DNA from: Candidatus Latescibacterota bacterium
GTDB taxonomy: Bacteria; Latescibacterota; UBA2968; UBA8231
Direction: 5' to 3'
Assembly (NCBI GenBank): GCA_965206595.1
Contig: OZ242214.1
Location: 6,016,001 to 6,080,000, forward strand
Length of the DNA: 64,000 nucleotides
In this document: positions 34,220 to 48,030 of the stretch, in pieces
How the letters are laid out: every line of letters starts with the position of its first letter
Numbering within the stretch: the first letter of the stretch is position 1
Translations under genes and position numbers: made by a program
Notes under the pieces: generated by a model
What the model was told of the DNA's origin: nothing
The model's input: only the letters and a program-made list of their open reading frames with translations
Databases searched by the model: none

Positions 34220-34572
34220 TGGCCAAAGGAGAGTTGTTTCTTCCATCCAAAGCACTCGGGGCCATCGTTGGACATGAGCCGTTGTCCAGGGAAGAGGTGG
34301 TCAGGAATTTATGGCACTACATCAAAGATCGAGGTTTGCAGGACGGTAGGACTGTCAATGCTGACGATAAGCTCATGGTTCTATTTGGGGGCGAAGAGTA
34401 TATGGATATGATAGATGTCGTTCAGATTGTCCACCATCATCTTGATGGGGTTTTTGAAATGGATACTCTCAAGGATTTTCGTAGAGTAGTTCTTCTCAGG
34501 CTAACTCGCATAGAGAAGGCAATCCATAACCATATAGGAACGGAGCCCGATGACGGTGGGGAGGGGTTTTAG
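34216..34572 (+). CDS. SWIB/MDM2-domain protein
   Basis: PSKALGAIVG..PLSREEVVRNLWHYIK..GLQD..TVNADDKL..LFG. Confidence 0.8.
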   Translation: MMAKGELFLPSKALGAIVGHEPLSREEVVRNLWHYIKDRGLQDGRTVNADDKLMVLFGGEEYMDMIDVVQIVHHHLDGVFEMDTLKDFRRVVLLRLTRIEKAIHNHIGTEPDDGGEGF

Positions 34573-34616
34573 ATCCGCCCCTGCAGTGGTAAACGAGCAG
34601 CGCGGCTCCCGCCGCT

Positions 34617-34645
34617 TTGTGTTTCTTTGATTTTTCTGGTATAAT
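34617..34645 (+). promoter_or_regulatory. Strong sigma70-like promoter
   Basis: TTGTGT-17 nt-TATAAT with an extended -10 TG. Confidence 0.6.
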
Positions 34646-34700
34646 ATTATATAGAGCTATGTTTAGAACTTAGCTCTATTTTTTTATGGGAGAATTAAGT

Positions 34701-34988
34701 ATGACAGAATCAACGCGCAATCGTCCAGAGGATGAATCACGATTCGATGTAATAGCGAAGGAGATACTTGAACTACGCAAGAAGCATGAAAGGGATTTCA
34801 GGGTATGGCAGGAGCAATATTCGGCGCAGCTTGAGATAGCCAAAGACCAGATTGATATAGTCAAAGGCTACCAGGAAACCTTGAAGAATCAACAGATAGT
34901 GTTGACAGCATTATTTGAGGACTGGCAAAAGCAATCCAAGAAAAAACGCAAACAAGGACAAGTAACACTCGTATTTCCGACACAGTAA
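34701..34988 (+). CDS. Coiled-coil hypothetical protein
   Basis: GGGAG RBS downstream of the promoter; charged helical sequence. Confidence 0.6.
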   Translation: MTESTRNRPEDESRFDVIAKEILELRKKHERDFRVWQEQYSAQLEIAKDQIDIVKGYQETLKNQQIVLTALFEDWQKQSKKKRKQGQVTLVFPTQ

Positions 34989-35350
34989 AGTTCGAGGTTA
35001 TTTCCCAGGATAGGAACGTCATCAATGAATGTCTTCCTTAGATATGGGAAGAAGTTTGTTCTCAAGATAAGGGGAAACGGATTGGAGATAATACTTGTAA
35101 TATGGATGATTCTACTATGTATAATTGAACTGAAAACATATACTTTTGTAGGCCCCGTTATGCACGCTTTTATGTTTACCGGTGGAGTTATCCTTTCTTC
35201 ATGTGTGCATAAGTGGGCAGCAAGTCGTAATCCCAGGTAGTATAGGGATAAGGGATCAGTGTTGCAGGAAGGGAAGTGCGGCACCGGACGCGACACCCTC
35301 GCCCGGCACCGCGCAGGAATGGACTGAACATACTAACCGAAAGGGAGAAG

Positions 35351-35941
35351 ATGAAGATATTACTACTGATATTAGTAGCAGGGGGAGTGTATGCACAGCC
35401 GCTTGTAGGAGATCGCCCGGACTTCACGGAAGCAGCAGAAGCTGTCGGTATAAATGTCCTACAGATTGAGCTTGGATACACCGCCACACATAACGGGGAT
35501 TGGTCTCATTCCCTTGGAGAACCCCTTCTTCGCGCCGGGGTGCTGGCCGATTGGTTGGAGCTCCGACTTGGCAGGACAGAGGATATCTACCTGGGTATGA
35601 AGCTGGCCTTTACGCCGGGCATCGCTGTAATCCCACAGATAACCCTGCCCACTTCACCGGGAGTGAATCTCGTCTACAGTTGGGACCTTACCGACAGGGT
35701 ATCCTTGGCAGGCAGTTCACAGGTAAATCGGGGAACGGGGTGGGCTCAATCAATTGCGGTAGGAATGAAGGTTAGCGCCCCTATTGGTCTGTATGCAGAG
35801 TGGTATCGGGAGACTGAGCACTATATCAACGGGGGGCTCACTTGGCTGCTGACGGGAAATCTCCAGTGGGACATTCGAGCCGGATTCGGACTGAATGATG
35901 ATATGTTCACGGGCACTGGTATAGTCCTAAGAATTCCTTAG
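35351..35941 (+). CDS. Outer-membrane beta-barrel, MetA-pathway-of-phenol-degradation-like family
   Basis: Signal peptide followed by the DRPDFTE motif; alternating beta-strands ending GIVLRIP. Confidence 0.7.
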   Translation: MKILLLILVAGGVYAQPLVGDRPDFTEAAEAVGINVLQIELGYTATHNGDWSHSLGEPLLRAGVLADWLELRLGRTEDIYLGMKLAFTPGIAVIPQITLPTSPGVNLVYSWDLTDRVSLAGSSQVNRGTGWAQSIAVGMKVSAPIGLYAEWYRETEHYINGGLTWLLTGNLQWDIRAGFGLNDDMFTGTGIVLRIP

Positions 35942-35994
35942 AGTTAGAACAGGCTGACCCCTGGCCGCCGCCATTTACTAAAGGAGTATGAAGT

Positions 35995-36309
35995 ATGACA
36001 GAACAAGAAGAACACACGGCAATTGGTATACTTGTAAAAGACTTGAAGGCTGCTCAACAACGTTTGATATGCTTAGAGAGCAAGTCCAGGAGCATAGCTA
36101 TTAACTTAGACAATATCTCTCATGGTCTAAGTGGTAGAATGTTGATTGCAGAAACCAGCGGTGAAATATCCGTAAGCATAGGCGATGTATTTCAGCAGGT
36201 AATCTATCCATCAAAAGAAGATATTGTTACCCTGATTAAGGAACTGTCCGAGTCTCGGGATAACCTGAAGTTGCTGCAAGAACAATGGGATAGAATCAAA
36301 CCTACGTAG
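35995..36309 (+). CDS. Hypothetical protein
   Basis: AAGGAG RBS; 104 aa; AT-rich. Confidence 0.55.
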   Translation: MTEQEEHTAIGILVKDLKAAQQRLICLESKSRSIAINLDNISHGLSGRMLIAETSGEISVSIGDVFQQVIYPSKEDIVTLIKELSESRDNLKLLQEQWDRIKPT

Positions 36310-36332
36310 CGATTTCCCAGGTAGCTCAATTT

Positions 36333-36408
36333 AGCAGAGTAGCATAATTGGCAATGCCGCATACTGTTAATATGCAAAATGCAGGTTCGAATCCTGCCTC
36401 TGCTGCCA
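36333..36408 (+). tRNA. tRNA-Asn(GTT), phage-like
   Basis: Cloverleaf: AGCAGAG/CTCTGCT acceptor stem, GCAT/ATGC D-stem, GCATA-CTGTTAA-TATGC anticodon arm, GCAGG-TTCGAAT-CCTGC T-arm, G discriminator and encoded CCA; 76 nt. Confidence 0.9.
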
Positions 36409-36427
36409 TATTATTAAAGGTGAAAGA

Positions 36428-36550
36428 TTGTTATCATATGAAGAAGCGAACAAGGTTCTGAAGTATAATCCAGAGACAGGGCACTTGTCTTGGAAGGTTA
36501 ACCAGCGCAATGGATCAAAAGCTGAACAGAGAGCAGGGAGTTATCTGGGT
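36428..36550 (+). pseudogene. N-terminal fragment of a phage HNH homing endonuclease
   Basis: LSYEEANKVLKYNPETGHLSWK...KA...AGS, typical of the N-terminus of phage HNH(-AP2) proteins; low GC. Confidence 0.65.
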
Positions 36551-36976
36551 AAGATGATCCAAGCGCACGGCATCCGCCTAAAGGTGAACACGGTTGTTAA
36601 CAGGTACAACCGTGCCGAAGACCATCGTCCATTCATCCTGGCGATTCGGACGGAACGGTGGAAGATATTCCAGGCGCTTCCGGTAGAGGGTCAGAACGAC
36701 GCCCGCATCGACGAAATGAGGGTGACCGCCGACGAGTTTCAACGGTACGTAGAGCGCAATCGCACGGTCGAAGACAGCAGAATCGTGGTCGTGCCGGAGA
36801 GCAACGAGCTAATGACAGGTAGCTATGTCATGGTCGACCCACGCGGACGCATCTTCGACGACACCAAAGGCCGGCATACGTACAGCAGGCCGATTCTGGA
36901 AGTGGGCATCGCCGAGGCGCTGGACGATGTGGTGGTACACGTCGGCCGGTTTGAGGAGAGGGGCGGGATCTACTAG
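36551..36976 (+). pseudogene. C-terminal half of a prokaryotic viperin (radical SAM); CxxxCxxC part missing
   Basis: LKVNTVVNRYN, RWKIFQALPVEGQN, PESNELMTGSYVMVDPRGR, YSRPILEVG, RGGIY-stop. Confidence 0.85.
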
Positions 36977-37251
36977 CGACGGCTCATATGGTCCCCCCTT
37001 CCGTTCGACCGAACGACGGGCGGGTGAGAGAGTAGCAAGAGACATTCCGGCGGCTATCGTCGGGGCGTCTCTTGCGCTCGGGCCGCTGCCCGCCCGGGGT
37101 GCCGAAGCGCTCGCTGAATGCTTGTTCCGAGCGCTGAAGCCGGGGTCGATGCGCTACGCGGGACGCGATCCGCGTCCGTTTCCCTACCTTCTTGGTGCCA
37201 ACCAACGCTGACCTCGCATTCGAGGTGCCCGGTCCGAATCGAAGGAAACCC

Positions 37252-40824
<3,573 letters not shown>

Positions 40825-40895
40825 CGAGCAAACCGTCGATACCATTCCAGCATCGAATGGCTACGAAAACAGCGGATTCAGTGAAGGTGGGGTAC

Positions 40896-40921
40896 AAAAA
40901 GAAACGCCCCTTGCGGGGCGT
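40896..40921 (-). terminator. Hairpin with upstream A-tract (minus-strand terminator-like)
   Basis: aaaaagaa-acgcccc-ttgc-ggggcgt. Confidence 0.45.
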
Positions 40922-41079
40922 CGAGCCGGAGATGCTATCTCCGACGGGGTAATGAAAAACACTACCTTGTTCTATGTGATTATGTCAACGGCAGGACCCA
41001 AAGGAAATGCAATCTCAATTCGGAAGCTTCCCGAGGAAGTCGTCAAACCAGACGGCTTTGTCCTGCGTCGCCCAACCCA

Positions 41080-43989
41080 ATGGAAATGACAACTCCTCGC
41101 AAAAAGCTCATCGAAGTCGCCCTGCCCCTCGACGCCATCAACACGGCGTCGGCTCGGGAGAAGTCGATCCGGCACGGGCATCCAAGCACCCTGCATCTCT
41201 GGTGGGCGCGCCGCCCCCTGGCCGCGGCGCGGGCGGTGATCTTCGCGCAGATGGTGGACGATCCCTCGGCCTGCCCCGAGGAGTTCCCCACCGAGGCGGA
41301 CCAGAAGCAGGAGCGCGAGCGGCTGTTCCGTCTCATCGAGGAGCTGGTCCGCTGGGAGAACACCACCAACGAGGAGTTGCTGGAACAGGCGCGGGCGGAG
41401 ATCCGCAGGAGCTGGCGCCGCACCTGCGCGGACAATGCCGGGCATCCGCGCTCCGCCAAGCTGTTTGACCCGGACAGGCTGCCGGCCTTCCACGATCCCT
41501 TCGCGGGCGGAGGCGCCCTGCCGCTGGAGGCGCAGCGCCCTGGGGCTGGAGGCCCATGCCAGCGATCTCAACCCGGTGGCGGTGCTCATCAACAAGGCGA
41601 TGATCGAGATCCCGCCCAAGTTCGCTGGCAGGCCGCCGGTCAACCCGGTAGCCCGGCCCGGCGGGTCGTCGGCCAAGGCGTCGCTGCTCGAGCGCGGCTG
41701 GACCGGCGCCCAGGGGCTCGCCGAGGATGTGCGCTACTACGGGCAGTGGATGCGCGACGAGGCGGAGCGGCGCATCGGACATCTGTATCCGCCGGTGGAG
41801 GTCACCGCGGAGATGGTGCGAGAGCGGCCCGACCTCAAGCAGTACCAGGGCCGCAAGCTGACGGTGATCGCCTGGCTGTGGGCGCGCACCGTGAAGAGCC
41901 CGAACCCGGCCTTCGCCGACATCGACGTGCCGCTGGCCGCGACCTTCATGCTGTCGACGAAGCGGGACAAGGAGGCGTATGTCGAGCCGGTGATCGAGGG
42001 GCGCGGGTACCGATTCGCGGTGAAGGTGGGGAAGCCGGAGGATGCCGAGGGCGGCCAAGGCGGGGACCAAGCTGGCACGGGGAGCGAACTTCCGCTGTGT
42101 GATGTCGGGGTCACCGATGGCAGGGGACTACATCAAGGCCGAGGGAAAGGCCGGGCGGATGGGCGCGCGGTTGATGGCGATCGTTGCCGAGGGCGATCGG
42201 GGTCGGGTGTATCTCTCGCCGACGGTGGAGCATGAGACAGCCGCGAGAGAGCCGGTGCCGGAATGGCGTCCGGAAGTTCAACTTCCCGCGAATCCCCGCT
42301 GGTTCTCACCACCGGACTATGGCATGCCCACCTACGGCGACCTCTTCACCTCCCGCCAACTGGTCGCCCTGACCACCTTCTCCGACTTGGTGGCGGAAGC
42401 GATGGAGCAGGTCAAGCGGGATGCCGCCATCGTCGATCTGCCCGAGGACGGTATCGGCCTTAATAAGGGGGGCTACGGCGCCACGGCATATGCGGAGGCG
42501 GTGGGAGTGTATCTAGGATTGTGTGTAAGCAGGCAAGCAAATCGGTGCTCCAACCTCAATTTCTGGGATCCTGCCGGAGCGAATGTTCAGCAGGTATTTG
42601 CTAGACAAGCCCTGCCAATGGTTTGGGATTTTATTGAATCCAATCCATTCTCCAATTCGAGCGGAAGTTTCATAGGGCAAGTTGGCTATCTTTGCAAAGT
42701 AGTCTTTTCCTCGCCTAGTAATGCCAGTCCTGCTACGGCGTCTCAGAAGGACGCTGCTACTCAATCAATCAGCGCAGACAAAGTCGTTTCTACAGATCCG
42801 CCTTACTACGACAACATTGGTTATGCCGACCTCTCCGACTTTTTCTACGTTTGGCTGCGCCGATCGTTGAAGTCAAGAATTCGTGATCTCTTTTCCACGC
42901 TCGCCGTACCGAAGGCAGAGGAGTTGGTCGCTACTCCATACCGGCATGGAAACAGAGAACAGGCAGAGAAGTTTTTCCTCACCGGGATGGGGAAGGCGAT
43001 GGGTCGCCTTTCCGAACAAGTGCACCCCAGTTTGCCGGTGTCCATCTACTACGCCTTCAAGCAGTCCGAAACCAAAGGTGACGTTGGAATGGCTAGCACC
43101 GGTTGGGAAACGTTTCTGGCCGCGGTGATCAAGTCAGGCTTCACCGTCACCGGTACTTGGCCGATGCGTACTGAACTAACAGGTAACTTAAAGAAAAATG
43201 TCGCTGCCCTTGCCTCCAGCATCGTCCTCGTTTGCCGTAAACCCCCTCAAGACGCACCCCTGGCCACCCGCCGGGAGTTCGTCGCCGCCCTGAAGGCCGA
43301 GCTTCCCGCTGCCCTCGCCTACCTGCAATCCGGCAACATCGCACCGGTTGATCTCGCCCAGGCCGCCATCGGCCCCGGCATGGCGGTTTACACCCGCTAC
43401 GCCAAGGTGCTCGACGCTCAGGGGGATCCCGTGTCCGTGCGGGACGCCCTGGCGCTGATCAACCATACCCTCGACGAAGTCCTGGCTGAGCAGGAAGGGG
43501 AGTTCGACGCGGACACCCGCTGGGCTCTTTCCTGGTTTGAGCAGCAGGGCTTCACCGCAGGAGAGTACGGCGTGGCCGAGACCCTGGCCACGGCCAGAAA
43601 CACCAGCGTCGCCGGCATGGTGGAGGCGGGCATCCTCGAGTCGAAGGCCGGCAAAGGTGCGGCTGCTCCGCCCCGAGGAGCTGCCCGAGGACTGGGACCC
43701 GGCCGCGGACCGCCGGCTTCCCGTCTGGGAGGTCGTTCACCACCTCGTGAGGGTTCTGGAATCCGCCGGCGAAACCGGGGCCGCGAGGCTCGTCAGGCAA
43801 CTCGGCGGCGTGGCCGAGACCGCCCGCGAACTCGCCTATCGCCTGTACGCGGTTGCCGAGCGCAAGAACCGCGCCGCCGAGGCGCTGTCCTACAATGGTC
43901 TGGTCCAAAGCTGGCCTGAGATCGCGCGCCTGGCGCGGCAGGAGGCGCCGGACGAGCAGGGCGGGCTATTTGGGGGAGGAGAGGGGTGA
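41080..43989 (+). pseudogene. DUF1156 methyltransferase, copy 2, with three +1 frameshifts (about 41540, 42050, 43656)
   Basis: Comparison with copy 1 shows an extra C, G and A, each in a short homopolymer. DPFAGGG and TDPPYY are intact. May be assembly error. Confidence 0.88.
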
Positions 43990-44024
43990 GGCTACGCTTG
44001 GGGCCAAACTGATAGAAAAAACTG

Positions 44025-44597
44025 ATGATGGATTCTAGCATCGAAGCAATTCCAGGGCGTGTGTTTCTTGATACCAACGTGGTGAATTTCATTCTCGACT
44101 ACGGTGAACAGATCCATGATGGCGCCGAAGTGCCAGACAGATATTCCCTGCGGGTCCGGGGTGATATAGAGGCGTTGGCCGGCATCTTTCTCACCGGGCA
44201 ACGAGCCACTTGGCAGCTTGCGATCTCGCCGCACACCTATCGTGAAGTGACGGCGACGGACAATTCCTCACGCGCCCATCAGCTGGAACGCTGGTTTTTC
44301 CAGATCTGGAACTACTGGCGGGAGTTTCTGCATTCTGATGCCTCACTTCCCGCATTTAGTGAGGCTGAGGAAATTCGTCTGCAACTGCTTGCCTCAGATG
44401 TTCTTAACATCCTACCTGACACTTCGGACCGAGTCCTCGTTTGCGATGCCGTCGTGTATGGGTGTGACGCATTCTGCACGCGGGACTGGTCAACTATCCT
44501 GAGCCTTCGTGATGAGCTCCAAGACTTGCCAATAAAGATCCTAACCCCAGTCGAGTGGTGGGACGAAGTCCGGCCCTGGGCAGGCATTTGGGTCTAG
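44025..44597 (+). CDS. PIN-domain protein
   Basis: VFLDTNVV...SDRVLVCDAVVYGCDAFCTRD. Confidence 0.75.
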   Translation: MMDSSIEAIPGRVFLDTNVVNFILDYGEQIHDGAEVPDRYSLRVRGDIEALAGIFLTGQRATWQLAISPHTYREVTATDNSSRAHQLERWFFQIWNYWREFLHSDASLPAFSEAEEIRLQLLASDVLNILPDTSDRVLVCDAVVYGCDAFCTRDWSTILSLRDELQDLPIKILTPVEWWDEVRPWAGIWV

Positions 44598-44695
44598 TGG
44601 GCTGATAGACCGCACCGCTGCCACCTGCAGCTTGTGGCAGGGTAATACAGCATTGGGGCGACCTGGAGATCGTCCATTACAGATAGGAACAAGCA

Positions 44696-47600
44696 ATGGC
44701 AACGAACCACGAGCGCGTCGGCAAGGGGATGGAATCCCTCCGGCAGGGACTGGCCCCGTTCGTCGAACGCGAGCTGCATCACAGGATCGAGACCGGCGCC
44801 GTCCACATGGACGTGCTCCGCCGCTTCGAGATCGACAAGCCGTACCGCGAGTGGGACGCCGCCGCCTTTCTCCGGCTGATGTGGGAGACCTGGAACGACG
44901 TCTTCCGCGACATCCTCGGCGCCACGGAGCGCAGCATGGTCAATGAGTTGCGCGGCTGGCGCAACAAGTGGGCGCACCAGGAGTCCTTCTCCAGCGACGA
45001 CGCCGACCGCGCCCTCGACTCGGTCGAGCGGCTGCTCACCGCGGTTTCCGCGCCCCAGGCGGCAGAGGTCGCCGCGATGAAGATGGAGCTGCGCCGGCGG
45101 GTGTTCGACGAGCAGGCGCGCGGCGAACGTCGCAGGGCGACCGGAAGTCTTATCGAGGCCGTGGGCGAGGGTGGCCTCAAGCCCTGGCGCGAGGTGGTGA
45201 CGCCTCATGCCGACGTGGCCAGCGGCCGCTACCAGCAGGCGGAGTTCGCCGCGGACCTGGGCCAGGTGCATCTGGGCGAGGGCTCGGACGAGTACCGCGA
45301 CCCCGGGGAGTTCTTCCGGCGCACCTTCCTCACCGAAAGCCTGAAGCGGTTGCTGGCCGGCGGTACCCAGCGCCTCGCCGGCAAAGGCGGTGACCCGGTG
45401 GTGCAGCTGCAGACCAACTTCGGGGGCGGCAAAACGCACTCGATGCTGGCGCTCTACCACCTGTACTCCGGGATCCCTGCGCGGGAACTCACCGGCATGG
45501 ACGAGGTGCTGGCGGAGGCGGGGGTCGAAATTCCCCGGGAGGTCCGGCGCGTGGTGCTGGTCGGCAACCGGATTTCACCGGGAAACCCGGTGACCAAAGC
45601 GGACGGCACGGTGGTGCGCACCCTGTGGGGGGAGCTCGCCTGGCAGCTCGGCGGCAAGGAGGCGTTCGAGCGGGTGCGCGCAGACGACGAGCGGGCGACC
45701 AATCCCGGGGACGTGCTGCGGAAGCTGCTGAACGAGTACGGGCCCTGCCTGGTGCTGATCGACGAGTGGGTCTCCTACGCGCGCCAGCTTCACGACGACC
45801 CCGATCTGCCGGCGGGCAGCTTCGAGACCCAGTTCACTTTCGCCCAGGCGCTGACCGAGTCGGTGAAGCTCACGGGCAACTGTCTGCTGGTGGTCTCGCT
45901 GCCGGCTTCCGACATCTCGACTCCCGATTCTCCCCACACCGAGACGGACGACGCCGAGGTCGGAGGCGTTCGCGGCCGCGGCGCCCTGGATCGGCTGCGC
46001 AACGTGCTGGGCCGGATCGACTCTCCGTGGAGGCCGGCCAGCGCCGAGGAGAGCTTCGAGATCGTGCGCCGGCGGTTGTTCGAGCCTCTCGCCGGGCCGG
46101 ACCCCTTCACGCAGCGCGACGTCACCGCCCGCGCCTTCTCCGAACTGTATCGCTTACAACAGGTCGAGTTCCCCGCGGAGTGCCGCACCGCCGACTACGA
46201 GCGCCGCATCCGGACCGCCTACCCGATTCATCCCGAGATCTTCGACCGACTCTACACGGACTGGTCCGCCCTCGCCAAGTTTCAGCGCACCCGGGGCGTG
46301 TTGCGCCTGATGGCCGCGGTGATCCACAGCCTGTGGGAGCGGGGGGACCAGAACCCACTGCTGCTGCCCTCCACCCTTCCCATCGACGACGACCGCGTGC
46401 GCAACGAGCTGACCCGCTACCTCTCCGACAACTGGAACCCCGTCATCGACAAGGACGTCGACGGCCCGGGCTCGCTGCCGGTCGCCATCGACGGGAGGGC
46501 GCCCAACCTCGGCAAGCTCTCCGCCACGCGGCGGGTGGCGCGCACCGTCTACCTCGGCTCGGCGCCTACTACCGCGGCGGCGCACCGCGGCATCGACGAC
46601 TCCCGGGTCAAGCTCGGATGCGTCATGCCGGGGGAATCTCCGGCGGTCTTCGGCGACGCCCTGCGCAGGCTGGCGGCGGAGGCGACCTATCTCTACCAGG
46701 ACGGCCCGAGGCAGTGGTACGCCACCCAGCCGACGGTCACCAAGCTGGCCGAGGACCGGGCCGAGCAACTGGCCGGCAACCCCGACGCGGTCGCCAGGGA
46801 GCTGGAGGAGCGGCTGAAGAAGGACCTGCGCAGCACCGGGGACTTCGCCCGCATCCACACCCTGCCCCGCTCGGGAGCGGACGTGCCGGACGACCTCGAT
46901 GCGCGGCTGGTGGTGCTCTCCGCGGAGCATCCCTGTTCGAGGGACCCGGACAATGCGGCCGAGGTCGCGGCCCGGGAAATCCTGGAGTCGCGGGGCAGTA
47001 CTCCGAGGCTGTTCCGCAACACCCTGGTATTTCTGGCGGTGGACAAGGTGCGGTACCAGGATCTCGACGAGGCCCTGCGCCGGTACCTGGCCTGGGTGTC
47101 GATCCTCGACGAGAAGGAGGAGCTCAACCTCGACCCGCATCAGGCCCGGCAGGCGGAAACGCAGATGAAGGCCGCCGACGACACGGTGACCGCGCGGCTG
47201 CCGGAGGCTTACCAGTGGCTGTTGGTTCCGGAGCAGGAGAGACCGGATGCCGAGGTCTCTTGGGAAGCCATCCGTCTGACCGCGGCCGGGGCATTGGCGG
47301 AACGGGCAGGCAAGCGGCTGCGTAACGAGGAACTGCTGGTAGCGGGTCTCGGGGCGACCATCCTGCGCAAGCACCTCGACGAGGTGCCCTTATGGCGCGG
47401 GGGGGATCACGTGGCGGTGCGGCAGCTAGTGGAGGATTTCGGCCGGTATTTGTACCTGCCACGCCTTCGCAACCCCGAGGTTCTCACCCGGGCGGCCCAG
47501 GACGGCGTCGCCCTGCTGACCTGGGAGTCGGATTCATTCGCCCTGGCCGAGAGCCAAGACGAGGCCGTTGGACGCTACCGCGGTTTGCAGGCGGGACAGG

Positions 47601-48007
47601 CGGTCGGAGTTTCCCCCGAAAGCCCGGCCCTGCTGGTCAAGCCGGAGGTGGCCCGCCTGCAGCTGGACGCGGAGGTGCCGCCTACGCCGGCGCCGGCTCC
47701 AGGGAGTCAGGAGCCACAACCTGATCCTGGTCCGGATGGGACTGAGCCGCCCCCTCCGCCGCCTGAGAAGAAAGCGCGGCGGTTTCATGGCGCGGTTGCG
47801 CTCGACGCCGCTCGGGTGGGCCGGGACGCCGGCCAGATTGCCGACGAGGTGATCTCCCATCTCTCCGGCCTGGTCGGAGCAGAGGTCACGGTCACCCTGG
47901 AGATCGATGCCGAGATCCCGGAGGGAGCGCCGGAGAACGTCGTGCGCACGGTCACCGAGAACAGTCGTACGCTGAAGTTTACCAGCCACGGGTTCGAGGA
48001 GTCGTGA
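44696..48007 (+). CDS. Swt1-like HEPN + DUF499 AAA+ ATPase, copy 2 (full length)
   Basis: RNKWAH, QTNFGGGKTH; C-terminal RTVTENSRTLKF..HGFE. Confidence 0.92.
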   Translation: MATNHERVGKGMESLRQGLAPFVERELHHRIETGAVHMDVLRRFEIDKPYREWDAAAFLRLMWETWNDVFRDILGATERSMVNELRGWRNKWAHQESFSSDDADRALDSVERLLTAVSAPQAAEVAAMKMELRRRVFDEQARGERRRATGSLIEAVGEGGLKPWREVVTPHADVASGRYQQAEFAADLGQVHLGEGSDEYRDPGEFFRRTFLTESLKRLLAGGTQRLAGKGGDPVVQLQTNFGGGKTHSMLALYHLYSGIPARELTGMDEVLAEAGVEIPREVRRVVLVGNRISPGNPVTKADGTVVRTLWGELAWQLGGKEAFERVRADDERATNPGDVLRKLLNEYGPCLVLIDEWVSYARQLHDDPDLPAGSFETQFTFAQALTESVKLTGNCLLVVSLPASDISTPDSPHTETDDAEVGGVRGRGALDRLRNVLGRIDSPWRPASAEESFEIVRRRLFEPLAGPDPFTQRDVTARAFSELYRLQQVEFPAECRTADYERRIRTAYPIHPEIFDRLYTDWSALAKFQRTRGVLRLMAAVIHSLWERGDQNPLLLPSTLPIDDDRVRNELTRYLSDNWNPVIDKDVDGPGSLPVAIDGRAPNLGKLSATRRVARTVYLGSAPTTAAAHRGIDDSRVKLGCVMPGESPAVFGDALRRLAAEATYLYQDGPRQWYATQPTVTKLAEDRAEQLAGNPDAVARELEERLKKDLRSTGDFARIHTLPRSGADVPDDLDARLVVLSAEHPCSRDPDNAAEVAAREILESRGSTPRLFRNTLVFLAVDKVRYQDLDEALRRYLAWVSILDEKEELNLDPHQARQAETQMKAADDTVTARLPEAYQWLLVPEQERPDAEVSWEAIRLTAAGALAERAGKRLRNEELLVAGLGATILRKHLDEVPLWRGGDHVAVRQLVEDFGRYLYLPRLRNPEVLTRAAQDGVALLTWESDSFALAESQDEAVGRYRGLQAGQAVGVSPESPALLVKPEVARLQLDAEVPPTPAPAPGSQEPQPDPGPDGTEPPPPPPEKKARRFHGAVALDAARVGRDAGQIADEVISHLSGLVGAEVTVTLEIDAEIPEGAPENVVRTVTENSRTLKFTSHGFEES

Positions 48008-48030
48008 TAGGGCGGACCCATTGGTGCCTC

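Noticed and set aside
35958-35973. ccctggccgccgcca as a tRNA 3' remnant or att site
   Set aside because: No T-arm upstream and no second copy seen.
27115-36550. Intact prophage or ICE
   Set aside because: No integrase, terminase, capsid, relaxase or att repeats are visible.
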